64,000 nucleotides of DNA from Nitrospinota bacterium (GCA_016207065.1 JACQQK010000109.1:1666-65665); one strand, 5' to 3'. Numbered from the stretch's first letter, positions 52,067-61,771 are shown. The notes: a model not told the origin generated them from the letters alone. Numbers and translations: made by a program.

Positions 52067-52255
52067 TTATTTTTTGGTTTTTTTGTTTTCTTTCGGTTTC
52101 CCGCCTTCCAGCGCGCTGAGTTTGCGCTTCACGGTCTTCCCCTTGGCCTTGTCGAAATCCGCCTTGAGATAAACCGTATTGGGGAACAACTTGTAAACCA
52201 CGCCTTCTTTTTTCTTGCCGGCAAAATCGAATTTGACGGTTTCCCCTACTTTCAT
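52067..52255 (-). CDS. Small Lys-rich protein (62 aa)
   Basis: ATG at 52255 with GGAGG upstream. MKVGETVKFDFAGKKKEGVVYKLFPNTVYLKADF... looks SH3/KOW-like, followed by a basic tail. Downstream of hflX on the same strand. Confidence 0.55.
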   Translation of the reverse strand: MKVGETVKFDFAGKKKEGVVYKLFPNTVYLKADFDKAKGKTVKRKLSALEGGKPKENKKTKK

Positions 52256-52403
52256 TTGAACGCCTCCTTGGTTGTTCGAGATGCCGGGACATCGCGCGAA
52301 AACCCCGTCCCGGGAAGTTCCATCCACGGTTTTCTTTTCAGAAACGAAAAAGACTAGTAAAAATCCGCCCGCGAGTCAATGCTTTCTTCATGCCATGTCC
52401 GGT

Positions 52404-53705
52404 TTAAGACACGAAGGCTTGGGCCGGGCCGTTCAGGATGCGCTCCAGACGCGTTTTCTCGCCGGGTTCGAATTTCAGGTCGAGGGTGATGCCTTCCTCG
52501 CCGTAGTCCGCCCGGACCACCATGGCGTGTTTGCGGATGGCTGGGACAAGGCCCGACTGGGAATAGTCCAGATTGACGCGCATCGAGGACAATCGTTTCT
52601 CATAATGCCGGACGATCGCCTGACGGAGTTCCGCGATCCCGGCTCCCGTCTTGCATGAGGTGCGGATGGCCCGCGGGTGAAGGGCGATCATGTCGGAAAG
52701 GAGGTCCCGGTCGGGGACCCTGTCGACCTTGTTGAACACCCAGACGATTTCCGTTTCGCGCGCCCCCAGTTCGCGCAGGAGCCGCTCGGCGATTTCCATT
52801 TGATTCCGCGCGTCGGGGTGGCAAATGTCCGCCACATGGATCAGCAAGTCCGCCTCCCGCACCTCGTCCAGCGTGCTCTTGAACGAGGCGACCAGGTCGT
52901 GCGGGAGTTTGTTGATCAGCCCGACCGTGTCCGACAGCAGGATGGGAAAGGGGAAGTTCTTCCTCACCTTGCGGGTGGTGGCGTCCAGCGTGGCGAACAA
53001 TTTGTCCTCCACCAGGGTGTTGGCGCCGGTCAGGCAATTCATGATCGAGGACTTGCCGACGTTGGTGTAGCCGACCAGGGCCACCCGGTACACGTCCCGC
53101 CTCTGTTTCCGTTGCGTCTGTTTTTCCTTGTCGATTTGTTTTAATTTTATTTCGAGCTTGTGGATCTGCTCGCGGATCATCCGGCGGTCCAACTGGATCT
53201 GGGTTTCGCCGACCTCGCGCAGGCCGATGCCGCCCCGTTGCCGGGACAAGTGGCCCCACATGCGCGTCAGCCGGGGGAGAGCGTATTTCAAACGCGCCAG
53301 TTCGACCTGGGTCTTGGCTTCCCGGGACTGGGCGTGCAGGCTGAATATTTCAAGGATGAGCCACGAACGGTCGATGACTCGGCAGTTCAACGCCTTTTCC
53401 AGGTTCCGGTTCTGGCCCGGCGACAAGTTGATATCGATGATGACCGTATCGGCGCCGCGGAGCTCGACGGCCTCCCGAAGCTCGGTCACTTTTCCGCTTC
53501 CCAAAAAAGTCTTTGGATTGACGCCGTGCAACCGGAGGGCGAAGGAGGCGACGGGTTGATAATTGGCGGTGGTCGCCAATCCCTCCAGTTCCTCCAGCGA
53601 AGGGTCGAGGGGTTGCGACCCGTCCCGTAACAATTCGATCCCTACAAGGATGGCCTTGGGCAGTTTGTTTTCCGCGGATATGGGTTCCCGCCAGCGATCG
53701 TTCAT
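52404..53705 (-). CDS. hflX: Ribosome-associated GTPase HflX
   Basis: HflX N-terminal domain, G1 VALVGYTNVGKSSIMN, G3 DTVG, NKVD. 433 aa. Confidence 0.93.
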   Translation of the reverse strand: MNDRWREPISAENKLPKAILVGIELLRDGSQPLDPSLEELEGLATTANYQPVASFALRLHGVNPKTFLGSGKVTELREAVELRGADTVIIDINLSPGQNRNLEKALNCRVIDRSWLILEIFSLHAQSREAKTQVELARLKYALPRLTRMWGHLSRQRGGIGLREVGETQIQLDRRMIREQIHKLEIKLKQIDKEKQTQRKQRRDVYRVALVGYTNVGKSSIMNCLTGANTLVEDKLFATLDATTRKVRKNFPFPILLSDTVGLINKLPHDLVASFKSTLDEVREADLLIHVADICHPDARNQMEIAERLLRELGARETEIVWVFNKVDRVPDRDLLSDMIALHPRAIRTSCKTGAGIAELRQAIVRHYEKRLSSMRVNLDYSQSGLVPAIRKHAMVVRADYGEEGITLDLKFEPGEKTRLERILNGPAQAFVS

Positions 53706-53772
53706 TGAGTCTCCTTATCGATTATATCGCAATGGCGGGGCGGGCGGAAAAAAGATTATTGGCCGGGAACGT

Positions 53773-54354
53773 TCAAGGCAGGGCTTCGGGGAATGGGAAA
53801 TCCTGGTCGGCGGCGAGTTTCCCTTCCTCGCCGTAGGTTTTCCGGTTGAGAAGCCGCCCTCCCTTGTGTCTGTATACATACTGGAGTTTGCCGCTCTCGT
53901 AATAGGTTTTGGATATTCCGTCCTGACGGTCGTTTTTAAAGTTCATTTCCGCTTTCAGGGACCCGTCGGGGTAGTACATTCTGACCACGCCCTCCAGTTT
54001 GTCGTTCGCGTAGACGCCGCGGTCCTTGATCTTTCCGTCTTTATAATAACCCAGGCTGATGCCGTTGCGCAGGCCGTCTTTGTAGGCCCATTCGCTCATC
54101 AATTCTCCGGTGGGATAATACAGCTTGCTGATCCCGTCCCGGACGCCGCCGATGAAACGGCGTTCGGACAGGAGCGTCCCGTCCTCGCCGTATTCCTTGA
54201 CGGTCCCGCGCGGTTCGCCGTTCTCGTCCACTTCCTTCTCCGCGCGGATTTTTCCGTCGGGATACCATTCGCGGACCGTCCCGGCCGACGCGGCTTGCGG
54301 GAAACAGAGGGCCGCGCAAAAGGCAAAAAGAAGTGAGCGGAACAGGTTACGCAT
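53773..54354 (-). CDS. Secreted MORN-repeat-variant (YwqK-like) protein
   Basis: Signal peptide plus about 6 repeats of the Y(Y)PxGxLxxExxYKDGxxxG type. Confidence 0.8.
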   Translation of the reverse strand: MRNLFRSLLFAFCAALCFPQAASAGTVREWYPDGKIRAEKEVDENGEPRGTVKEYGEDGTLLSERRFIGGVRDGISKLYYPTGELMSEWAYKDGLRNGISLGYYKDGKIKDRGVYANDKLEGVVRMYYPDGSLKAEMNFKNDRQDGISKTYYESGKLQYVYRHKGGRLLNRKTYGEEGKLAADQDFPFPEALP

Positions 54355-54484
54355 GCTTTATATTCGCGGGGGTTGCCGCTGGAGCGCTTTTATGAAATCC
54401 GTAAAGGTTAAAGTAGATCCTTGCCGCGCCGCCTCCGTGCGCTAATGAATTGGGCAACCACACATTTAGGGTTACGAAAATGTT

Positions 54485-54543
54485 GCCCTTCGACAGGCTC
54501 AGGGCGACAAAAGGCTATCATGCCGAGCTTGTCGAAGCATGAC
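54485..54543. repeat. GC hairpin modules (CCCTTCGACAGGCTCAGGGCGAC and TCATGCCGAGCTTGTCGAAGCATGA)
   Basis: Inverted-repeat structure. A related CCCTCGACAGGTT module occurs at about 10467. Borders an AT-rich islet. Confidence 0.6.
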
Positions 54544-54602
54544 CCGTGTTGCGCGAACCTAGGCAACCAAGCGCTAGCTATGAAAACCAGCCGCTCATGA
54601 GG

Positions 54603-55028
54603 TTAATTTTTTTCCGCCTTGAGCGCCAACTGCATGAAAAAATGCAAGAATGATCGCGTGCTTTTATCTCGTATTTTCTTGAAGGCAACCAGGAGTTCCT
54701 CTTCTTCCGGCGACAAAAGCCCGGGAGCATGATGGATCGACTCTGGTTTGGCCGATATTCCAGCCATTTGTCCGTTTTTTGGTTTTCCCGCATCGATAAG
54801 GGACCAACTCTCCTCGCTGAGATACCCGCCCAGATACAATAAGTATTCGTATTTCACTTTTAGATGGGGAGCTATCGCCCGCAGGATTTCCGGGTTTGGC
54901 TGTTTTCTTTTTTTATTGATGATGTAAGAAATCTCCGAGCGGCTAACGCCGGAGAGGATCTCCAGCTTCCGGAACGACATTCCGGGAATTTCTTTAATCC
55001 TGCGTTTGATAAATTCAGCCAAGTCCAT
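54603..55028 (-). CDS. XRE-family HTH regulator
   Basis: MSFRKLEILSGVSRSEISYIINKKRKQPNPEILRAIAPHL HTH_3 pattern. The ~70-aa C-terminal extension is of unknown function. Confidence 0.8.
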   Translation of the reverse strand: MDLAEFIKRRIKEIPGMSFRKLEILSGVSRSEISYIINKKRKQPNPEILRAIAPHLKVKYEYLLYLGGYLSEESWSLIDAGKPKNGQMAGISAKPESIHHAPGLLSPEEEELLVAFKKIRDKSTRSFLHFFMQLALKAEKN

Positions 55029-55088
55029 GCCATATTCTGTGTCTACGGTTTACGGTTGTAAACAGCGGCCACGAGGAAATGACAAAAT

Positions 55089-55110
55089 ATGGTTAACATA
55101 CAACAACCAT
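55089..55110. promoter_or_regulatory. Operator-like palindrome ATGGTTAACATACAACAACCAT
   Basis: GGTT-N12-AACC inverted repeat in the XRE/methyltransferase divergent spacer. A second copy lies 86 bp away. Confidence 0.45.
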
Positions 55111-55174
55111 CTCCCGGTAAGAGGCGATCACTTTTATTCAAATTAATCAATATGTTAAATATAGACGTCGAATT

Positions 55175-55195
55175 TGGTTGACAAATAACAACCAT
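55175..55195. promoter_or_regulatory. Operator-like palindrome TGGTTGACAAATAACAACCAT overlapping a TTGACA -35-like hexamer
   Basis: Same GGTT-N12-AACC architecture as 55089-55110. TTGACA lies at 55178-55183. Confidence 0.45.
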
Positions 55196-55264
55196 ATATC
55201 GTATGGTTCGCATTTGCTAACCATTGATCCGGTTTTGCCTTTCCGCAAGATCCTTTTTTCATCC

Positions 55265-55984
55265 ATGAACGGACTGAATAACAGATTGTCTTATCTCCTT
55301 CGACTGAACGCTTCGCGAATCTGCGCGAAAATGTTCGGCGGTCATTATGAAAAACTCAGGACTCTTTACCATTTCTGTTCCTGGGAAATGGAAATCGTCA
55401 AAAACGAGGACGCAAAGCGGGCAACGCTTTTGGATTTCTCCTATGAACGGCGAGATACGCTTTACCGGTGGGTTAACGAGAGTCTGCTGGCAAACGTCCC
55501 AATAGACTATATCGAGTTCGGAGTCTACCAAGGGGAGAGCCTGAGGAAATGGCGCTCCATAAACCGGCGCCCCGAGTCGAGGTTTTGGGGGTTCGATAGT
55601 TTCGAAGGGCTTCCGGAGGATTGGGGCGCTCATGCCTCTGAAGGAACGTTCGACGTGAACGGGATTGTCCCTAGGATAGAGGATTCCAGAGTAAATCTGG
55701 TGAAAGGGCTGTTTCAAGAGACGTTGCCGGATTTCCTGTGTTCGTTTAAACGAAATAATCGAATGGTCATCCATTTGGACGCCGATCTTTATTCCTCGAC
55801 CTTGTATGTCCTAATCCACATGGATCGAGCGATTGTTCCGGGAAGCATCCTGATATTCGATGAGTTTGGCGCCATCGACCATGAGTTCGCGGCGCTCCGC
55901 GAATTTGCGCGGGTCTGCAATCGTAAATGGAAGTTGTTGGGAGGGCGGAAGGGGTTCGATAAAGCGGTCGTGGAAATTCTTTAA
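55265..55984 (+). CDS. TylF/macrocin-O-methyltransferase-like class I SAM methyltransferase
   Basis: ...DYIEFGVYQGESLRKW...FWGFDSFEGLPEDWG...IHLDADLYSSTLYVL...GSILIFDEF. ATG at 55265 preferred to the TTG at 55178. Confidence 0.75.
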   Translation: MNGLNNRLSYLLRLNASRICAKMFGGHYEKLRTLYHFCSWEMEIVKNEDAKRATLLDFSYERRDTLYRWVNESLLANVPIDYIEFGVYQGESLRKWRSINRRPESRFWGFDSFEGLPEDWGAHASEGTFDVNGIVPRIEDSRVNLVKGLFQETLPDFLCSFKRNNRMVIHLDADLYSSTLYVLIHMDRAIVPGSILIFDEFGAIDHEFAALREFARVCNRKWKLLGGRKGFDKAVVEIL

Positions 55985-56006
55985 TTGTTCGCGCCGTATC
56001 TTCTCA

Positions 56007-56420
56007 TCAGGTCCGTTCCGGCGCCGGTTTGCCGTCGCTTTCCCGCCGGCTCCGCAAGGCCTTCCGGACCTTCTCCAGGAGCTCCGCAAGCCGGATCGGT
56101 TTGAAGATGAAGTCGCAAGCCCCCAGGCCCAGGCATTCTTGCGCCTGGGATTCGTTGGTGATCGCGGTGGTCATGATGACCTCGGTCCCGGGGCGGGTCG
56201 ATTTGATGACTTTCAGGGTTTCAATGCCGTTGCGGACCGGCATCCGGATGTCCATGATGACGCACCGGGGGAGAAAACGCTCCAACTTTTCCAGAGCATC
56301 CTCGCCGTCGTGGGCCACCTCCACCGCGTAATGGTTGCCTTCCAGAAATCTTTTGAGCGTGGCGCACATCTTGATTTCGTCGTCCACCACCAGGATCCTG
56401 TCCCGCTCCGCGTCAATCAT
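56007..56420 (-). CDS. Stand-alone CheY-like response-regulator receiver
   Basis: ILVVDDE...VIMDIRMPVRNGIETL...MTTA...FIFKP motifs. 137 aa. SD GGGGGA. Confidence 0.9.
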   Translation of the reverse strand: MIDAERDRILVVDDEIKMCATLKRFLEGNHYAVEVAHDGEDALEKLERFLPRCVIMDIRMPVRNGIETLKVIKSTRPGTEVIMTTAITNESQAQECLGLGACDFIFKPIRLAELLEKVRKALRSRRESDGKPAPERT

Positions 56421-56454
56421 CGCTTTCCCCCGTCCCTAGCGGATTCAAAATTTC

Positions 56455-56577
56455 GGGCATCTCTAAAAAGTTGTAGTTGCCTGATTCATCAGGCGCTCCA
56501 AAAGCCCAATAAATTGAGCAACTACAACTTTTTAGAAACGGTTGGATTCAAGAAAAAGGCAATTTTTAGAGATGCCC
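56455..56577 (-). mobile_element. MITE-like element, copy 2 (GGGCATCTCTAAAAA ... TTTTTAGAGATGCCC)
   Basis: 123 bp with perfect 15-bp terminal inverted repeats. It is the reverse complement of copy 1 (29599-29714) plus a ~8-bp indel. It starts 35 bp upstream of the receiver gene start. Confidence 0.85.
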
Positions 56578-56674
56578 TTTTGATTATACCCCATTTCCTA
56601 TCGACTCGTCCTTCCGATGGGTTTCGCTCCGGCCAGCGGCGGCGGCGCGCGCGCAGGGCGCCGGAAACGGGATT

Positions 56675-58558
56675 TCACTCATGGGCAAGGTTGTATTTCT
56701 TTTTCAAGGATTCGATATAGTTCCTGGCTTTCACGGCCGTTTCGGAGTCTCCTCGTTTCAGGGACATGGCTTTCGCGCGCTCCATATAATGGCGCGCGGT
56801 CAATCCTTTCTTGAGTTCGTCGTAGATCGCGCCGATTTGATAAAGCGTCTCCGGGTCATTGGGGTTCACGGACAGCGCGAGTTGAAAGGACAAAAGGGCG
56901 TCGTTGTAATCGCCCAGGACAATGTCCGAATTCCCCGCGAGGATGAATTCGCCCCTGTCCTCCGGGGGCATGGAATTGTAATAACGTTCCGATTCCAAAT
57001 AAACTTTGCCCAGGACGATCAAGTCGTCTCTGGGGTCTTGGGACTTGGAGACCAGGCGTTTGGCCTGCTTGATCCGTTCGCTCATCGCGCTCAATTTTTC
57101 CCGGTGAAGTTTCACCTTTTCGCTCATTTCGGGAGACGGCGTACCGCCCGCGGCTTCCTCTCCAGGGGACGCCCCCGGCGTTCCGGGAGTCCTTGGCGGA
57201 AGGATTAAAAGGGCCCTGTCTTCCCGCAAAGTTTCCGAGGTCGTTTGCTTGACAATTTGCGCGGTTGCGGCTTGCCCTGCCGTTTTTTCCGGCGTGGCGA
57301 GAGCGAGCGCGGTGGTCGCCGAAAGCGAAGGGGTTTGGGCTGGACGCTCCAGGGCCTTCTGGGGACCGGTCTCCCGCCGGGGTTCCTCGGAAACCACGAC
57401 CCGTCCGGGCTTGAAAGCCGCTTCTTCCGGGAGTCCCCGCGGACTTTTCGCGGCGGTCTCCTGCTCCTCCCCTGGAGAGACAACCGGCGCCTTCCTGTCG
57501 TCAGACGGGGGTTCGCCGGGACTCGCCGGAGTTTTCGCGGGGATTTCCTGGGATTTGGTCGCGATCGCGGGCGGCGTTAAAGGCGGCGCGGAAATTTCGC
57601 CGGGCGCCTTCGGGGCTTTGGGTTCCGGGATGCCTTTTGCGGTTGTCAAGTCGATGGGCGCCTTGCCGGGAGCGGACACCACCTCCGTTTCCTTGGTCGC
57701 GGGGCTTTTCGGGACCGCTCGGCCGGCGGGCTCCGGTTTTTGAACGGATTTCTCCGGTTTCTTGCCGGGAGGCGTTTCCCGCGGTTTTTCAGGAGGCTGG
57801 ACCTTTTTAGGCGCCGGTTCCTTTTTGGGGCTGGGAACGGCAGGCTTGAGCGCCGCGACCTGTTCGGCCGCGGGCTTCCTGGAGGCTTGGACGGCCTTCT
57901 TCTTCTCGCGCGGTTTGGCTTCAAAAATCTGTTCCCTGGTGGGAACGGGGGCGGGCCGGGCCGGGGGTTTTTCCAAACTCTTTTTCAGTCGCTGAAAGTC
58001 TTCTTTTTTGGGGAGCGCGGGTTTGGCAAGCGCCTCGATTGGCGCGGGTTTGGGGGCGGGCTCCGATTTGGCGCGCGTCCTTTCCGCCTCGGTATTCGAC
58101 TTGGCCAGGGCCAGGTTCTGCTGGTTCAGGCCCTCCGCGACGTTTCTGAACGCGCTCATGTCGATTTTTGATGCGCTCGCTTCCGCCCTGGCCTTGGTCA
58201 TTTCGTCCTTTAACGCCCGGTCGATATCGCGGTTGATGCGCTCCGTTTCCATCTTGAAGTTGGAAAGGTACTCCTTGATGTTCTCCATCTCCCTCGCCGA
58301 TACGTTTTGCTCCCTTTTCAGGTCCTCCTCGATTTCCAACTGGATCATGGCGATTTCGCGCTTCAGCCGCTCCAGTTCGATCCGGAACGTCTCGCGTTGC
58401 TCGCTTAACAGGGCGTCCAACTCGCGTTTGATCTTCTCCATGTCGTATTGCAGTGAGGCGATATCGACGTCCGACAAGGCCCCCCGGGCGGGCGGGGCGG
58501 AAATCCCCGAAAAAAACAGCGCGGCGAGCAAGAGAATGGGCAAACGATTTTTTTTCAT
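56675..58558 (-). CDS. Secreted/anchored coiled-coil protein with P/A/K-rich spacer and C-terminal TPR repeats
   Basis: Start at ATG 58558 (MKKNRLPILLLAALFFSGISA). About 170 aa of heptad-rich region, about 300 aa of PAPK/EPAP low complexity, and C-terminal TPR-like helices. Confidence 0.7.
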   Translation of the reverse strand: MKKNRLPILLLAALFFSGISAPPARGALSDVDIASLQYDMEKIKRELDALLSEQRETFRIELERLKREIAMIQLEIEEDLKREQNVSAREMENIKEYLSNFKMETERINRDIDRALKDEMTKARAEASASKIDMSAFRNVAEGLNQQNLALAKSNTEAERTRAKSEPAPKPAPIEALAKPALPKKEDFQRLKKSLEKPPARPAPVPTREQIFEAKPREKKKAVQASRKPAAEQVAALKPAVPSPKKEPAPKKVQPPEKPRETPPGKKPEKSVQKPEPAGRAVPKSPATKETEVVSAPGKAPIDLTTAKGIPEPKAPKAPGEISAPPLTPPAIATKSQEIPAKTPASPGEPPSDDRKAPVVSPGEEQETAAKSPRGLPEEAAFKPGRVVVSEEPRRETGPQKALERPAQTPSLSATTALALATPEKTAGQAATAQIVKQTTSETLREDRALLILPPRTPGTPGASPGEEAAGGTPSPEMSEKVKLHREKLSAMSERIKQAKRLVSKSQDPRDDLIVLGKVYLESERYYNSMPPEDRGEFILAGNSDIVLGDYNDALLSFQLALSVNPNDPETLYQIGAIYDELKKGLTARHYMERAKAMSLKRGDSETAVKARNYIESLKKKYNLAHE

Positions 58559-58790
58559 TTCGACGACCCGTCGGAGACCGCGGAGGACAAAGGGCCAGGC
58601 TGAGTTCAAAATGAGCCCGTCGCCCAACCATGGGAAATCCCCCAAAACCGGACGACCCTTCCGCCCCGCATTCGCGGGTCTCGCGACCACAAGCCTATGT
58701 ATTTGATTTTCTATAGTTTAGCATAACGGTTCCGTTTTGGATAGGGGAGGATGGGGGTTTTTGCCGGAGAGAGCGATTGGACGGAGGGCC

Positions 58791-59576
58791 TTACGCGGCT
58801 TGGACGGCGTGGGTTTTGTTCAGTTTGAATTCCGCTTCGGCGTATTGCGGCCGGTCTTTTAACGCCTTTTCGTAATGCTCGACCGCCTTGTCCTGCTCCC
58901 CCACCTTTTCGTAGGCGAGGCCCAAGGCATAGTGGGCGTCGAAGAACCGCGGGTCGATCTTTACGGCTTCCTTTAATTCCGCGATGGCCTCCTCGTACCG
59001 CTCCAACTTGATATGCGCCAGCCCATAGCGGTAAAAGGTCACGGCCAGCCGGGGGTCGACCAGGTTCTGGCCGTCAAATTCGATGGTGATCTCCTGGCCC
59101 GTGACGTTGTCGACGATAATCAACTTGATCCCGGAGAAGCGGGGAGAACCCTCGGAATGGCCCCACAAGGCTTTTTTCAACGGATCGACGGCGCTCTTGT
59201 GGTTCCCGAGGAGCTTGCTCACCCACCCGAGATAAATGTAGGCGACGGTCTGGTTGGGGTTGAGTTTGATGGCGCGCTTGAGCGGTTTTACGGAACTGCG
59301 GAAGCGTTTGGCCATGATGAAGCTTTTGCCGAGGCGGAAGTGCGCCTCGGCAAACTCGGGGTTCAGCCTCGCGGCTTCCTTGTAGTCGAGAATGGCGCGG
59401 TTGAACCGGTTCGCTTCCTCGTGCGACCGGCCCATTTCGAGATAGGCCTTTTCGATATTGTAGAGGGTCTTCCGCGAAGGACGGCGGCGGACGTTGTTCT
59501 TGAAGAGGCGCTCCTCCTCCCACTTGGGCAAGGCCCAAGCCATGACAGCCCAAAGACCCAACGTCAGGATTTCCAT
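58791..59576 (-). CDS. TPR-repeat protein with one N-terminal TM helix
   Basis: Start at ATG 59576 (AAGGGGA upstream). Repeated ...A...Y..A..L.P..A.A.. TPR pattern. Confidence 0.75.
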   Translation of the reverse strand: MEILTLGLWAVMAWALPKWEEERLFKNNVRRRPSRKTLYNIEKAYLEMGRSHEEANRFNRAILDYKEAARLNPEFAEAHFRLGKSFIMAKRFRSSVKPLKRAIKLNPNQTVAYIYLGWVSKLLGNHKSAVDPLKKALWGHSEGSPRFSGIKLIIVDNVTGQEITIEFDGQNLVDPRLAVTFYRYGLAHIKLERYEEAIAELKEAVKIDPRFFDAHYALGLAYEKVGEQDKAVEHYEKALKDRPQYAEAEFKLNKTHAVQAA

Positions 59577-59882
59577 GTTTTTTCCCCTTCGCTCGAGGTG
59601 TATGCCTATCAATCCAATACAATTTTGATGCCGCCGTTGTCCGAATGTGGGGAAACGCCCCGAACCGGCGGTATTAGAGGCGTTTTGCGCAAGGAGGGAC
59701 GACTCGCGGGGAAATCCGCGATGTGTAAAATTACATACACTTTTATTATTAATCAAACACTTTCCGGGAGTCTGAAAAAAGGGCAAGGACCTGTCTCGGA
59801 GGGGCCGGGAGGATGGGAGACCCGCAATAAGCCGCGTCGTGTTCGATTATGCCGCGTTATTTGAACAAAGCCGGAAAAAAAA

Positions 59883-60779
59883 TCAACCGCGGACAACCTG
59901 GTTTCGGCCTCCTCTCTTGGCGAGATAAAGGGCCTTGTCGGCATTGGCGATGAGCGATTCGCAGGATGAGCCGGGAAGGGGGATGTCGCTGGAAACGCCC
60001 ATGCTTGCCGTAATATAAGGACTTACCTTGCTCCGGCGGTGTTCGATCTTTAAAGACTCGATATCGGCCCGGACAACCTCGGCTAATTTAAACGCGCCTT
60101 CCTTGTCGGTATCGGAAAGAACGACCGCGAACTCCTCGCCTCCGTACCGCGCGACTATGTCCGCCGGACGTTTCAAGGTCCCGGCAACCGCCCCGGCGAC
60201 TTTTTTCAAGCAATCGTCGCCGGCTTGATGTCCATGGGTGTCGTTGTAAATTTTGAATGAATCGATGTCCAACATGATTAAAGAAACGGGAGTTCCTCTC
60301 CTCATCGCGCGTTTCCATTCGGCGTCGATAACCTTGTCAAAGTGACGGCGATTGAAAACCCCCGTTAACCCGTCCCGGATGGAAAGCTCCTGGAGTCTCT
60401 CCTCGACCTTGCTGTAATATCGGAAAAAATCCGTGACCGACAACATGCCGACGATTTTGCCTTCGTGGGTAACCGCCAGATGCCGGATTCTGGACTGAAG
60501 CATTAATTCGTGGGCATTCATCATCGGGGTGGCGCAATCGATGGCGACAATGGGGGCGGACATTACGGCATGAATTTTTGTCGTATCCACCGGCAACCCT
60601 CCCAGGGCCACCTTGCGCGTGAAATCCGCATCCGTCACCACGCCCACGAAATCGCCTCCTCTTTCCACCAGCGCCGATGCCGTCCGCTTGGATTTCATGA
60701 ATTCGGCGACTTCCCGGACAGTCGCTTCGTGATTGACATGCAACACGGGAGAAGCCATGTATTCGCCCACTGTTCCCAT
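59883..60779 (-). CDS. CBS-pair + GGDEF diguanylate cyclase
   Basis: ATG at 60779 with GGAGG upstream. Two CBS motifs, then DGLTGVFNRRHF... and RYGGEEFAVVL (GGEEF active site). Confidence 0.88.
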   Translation of the reverse strand: MGTVGEYMASPVLHVNHEATVREVAEFMKSKRTASALVERGGDFVGVVTDADFTRKVALGGLPVDTTKIHAVMSAPIVAIDCATPMMNAHELMLQSRIRHLAVTHEGKIVGMLSVTDFFRYYSKVEERLQELSIRDGLTGVFNRRHFDKVIDAEWKRAMRRGTPVSLIMLDIDSFKIYNDTHGHQAGDDCLKKVAGAVAGTLKRPADIVARYGGEEFAVVLSDTDKEGAFKLAEVVRADIESLKIEHRRSKVSPYITASMGVSSDIPLPGSSCESLIANADKALYLAKRGGRNQVVRG

Positions 60780-60852
60780 AATGAAACCTCCATCGTGGCT
60801 GGCAAGGCGAGAAAAACCGGGTCCTCGGAATTTTACTAACAAATCTATTGCA

Positions 60853-61180
60853 TAAGAGCGTCTAACAAAATGAACCCTTTGGCTCGACCCTCAAATTACT
60901 CCCCTCCCTTGACCGGGGAACGCCCCGGAGCGGGAGGGCCAAGCCCGGATTGCCCACGATGACTTCCATTCGCCATCGGAGCCGAGCCTATGGAGTCCAG
61001 CGTCACGCTGGGGAGGGGGCGGGGGGAGGGTGACCCGCGTGAACGCTGGACCCGATACCGCCTCAGGCTGACGCCAAGGGCGGCCGGCGTGACGCCGGAT
61101 TCGTTATCGCCCCGGCGCAAGCGCGGGGCGGCATTGCCCACCGGGGGCGTCCCCGGCGTCATCGCCGCGTTGCCGCGACT
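60853..61180 (+). repeat. Mosaic repeat locus (largest copy), starting TAAGAGCGTCTAACAAAATGAAC
   Basis: 60853-61011 is the reverse complement of 10625-10784. 61030-61170 matches 12935-13055. Contains the CGCCCCGGCGCAAGCGCGGGGCG hairpin. Confidence 0.9.
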
Positions 61181-61403
61181 CCCTGGGCCACCGCCGGTAG
61201 GCGATGCCGTAATAACACGCGGCGTTCAGGCCGATCAAACCCCAGAGGACGGCGACGCCCAGACCCTCGCTGACTTCCTCGAGGGCCGATTCCTCATGGT
61301 CTTTGTCCCCTTCGTCCGCCGACAAAGGCAAGCGCCGCGAGAAAAGCCAGGACGAAAAAACAGGCGAGCGGGAATTTAAATCCGTTACCGCCGCGCCGGG
61401 ACA

Positions 61404-61622
61404 TTACACAGCCTTGATCCGGTAGTAATGATCTTTCAACTTGAAGGTACTGCCGTTGCGGACCGCGCCGAAAAAGGCTTTCAGCTTTTCCTCCGGCAGG
61501 CCGGTCAATTCCTTTTTCAACTCCTCATGGGATAGGGCTTCCCATTCCTCGTAATCCGCCGAACGTTCGACGAGAAAGCCGGAGACGTTCTCCATTTCGA
61601 TGTTGAATCGGTCTTTTACCAT
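61404..61622 (-). CDS. Hypothetical small protein (72 aa)
   Basis: Non-repetitive acidic sequence MVKDRFNIEMENVSGFLVERSADYEEWEALSHEELKKEL... Weak SD. No family recognised. Confidence 0.4.
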   Translation of the reverse strand: MVKDRFNIEMENVSGFLVERSADYEEWEALSHEELKKELTGLPEEKLKAFFGAVRNGSTFKLKDHYYRIKAV

Positions 61623-61771
61623 GGATGCCGTCCCGTGGCGAAGGTTGGAAGCGCAAGATACTCATCCCCAAGGGGGGTATGGGGACGATGAATAGTAACA
61701 TAAAATGATTTTTTTGGGGGGCCTGCGAACATGAGAAGCCTAGACGGGCGATCATGGCCCTGCCCGGACGG

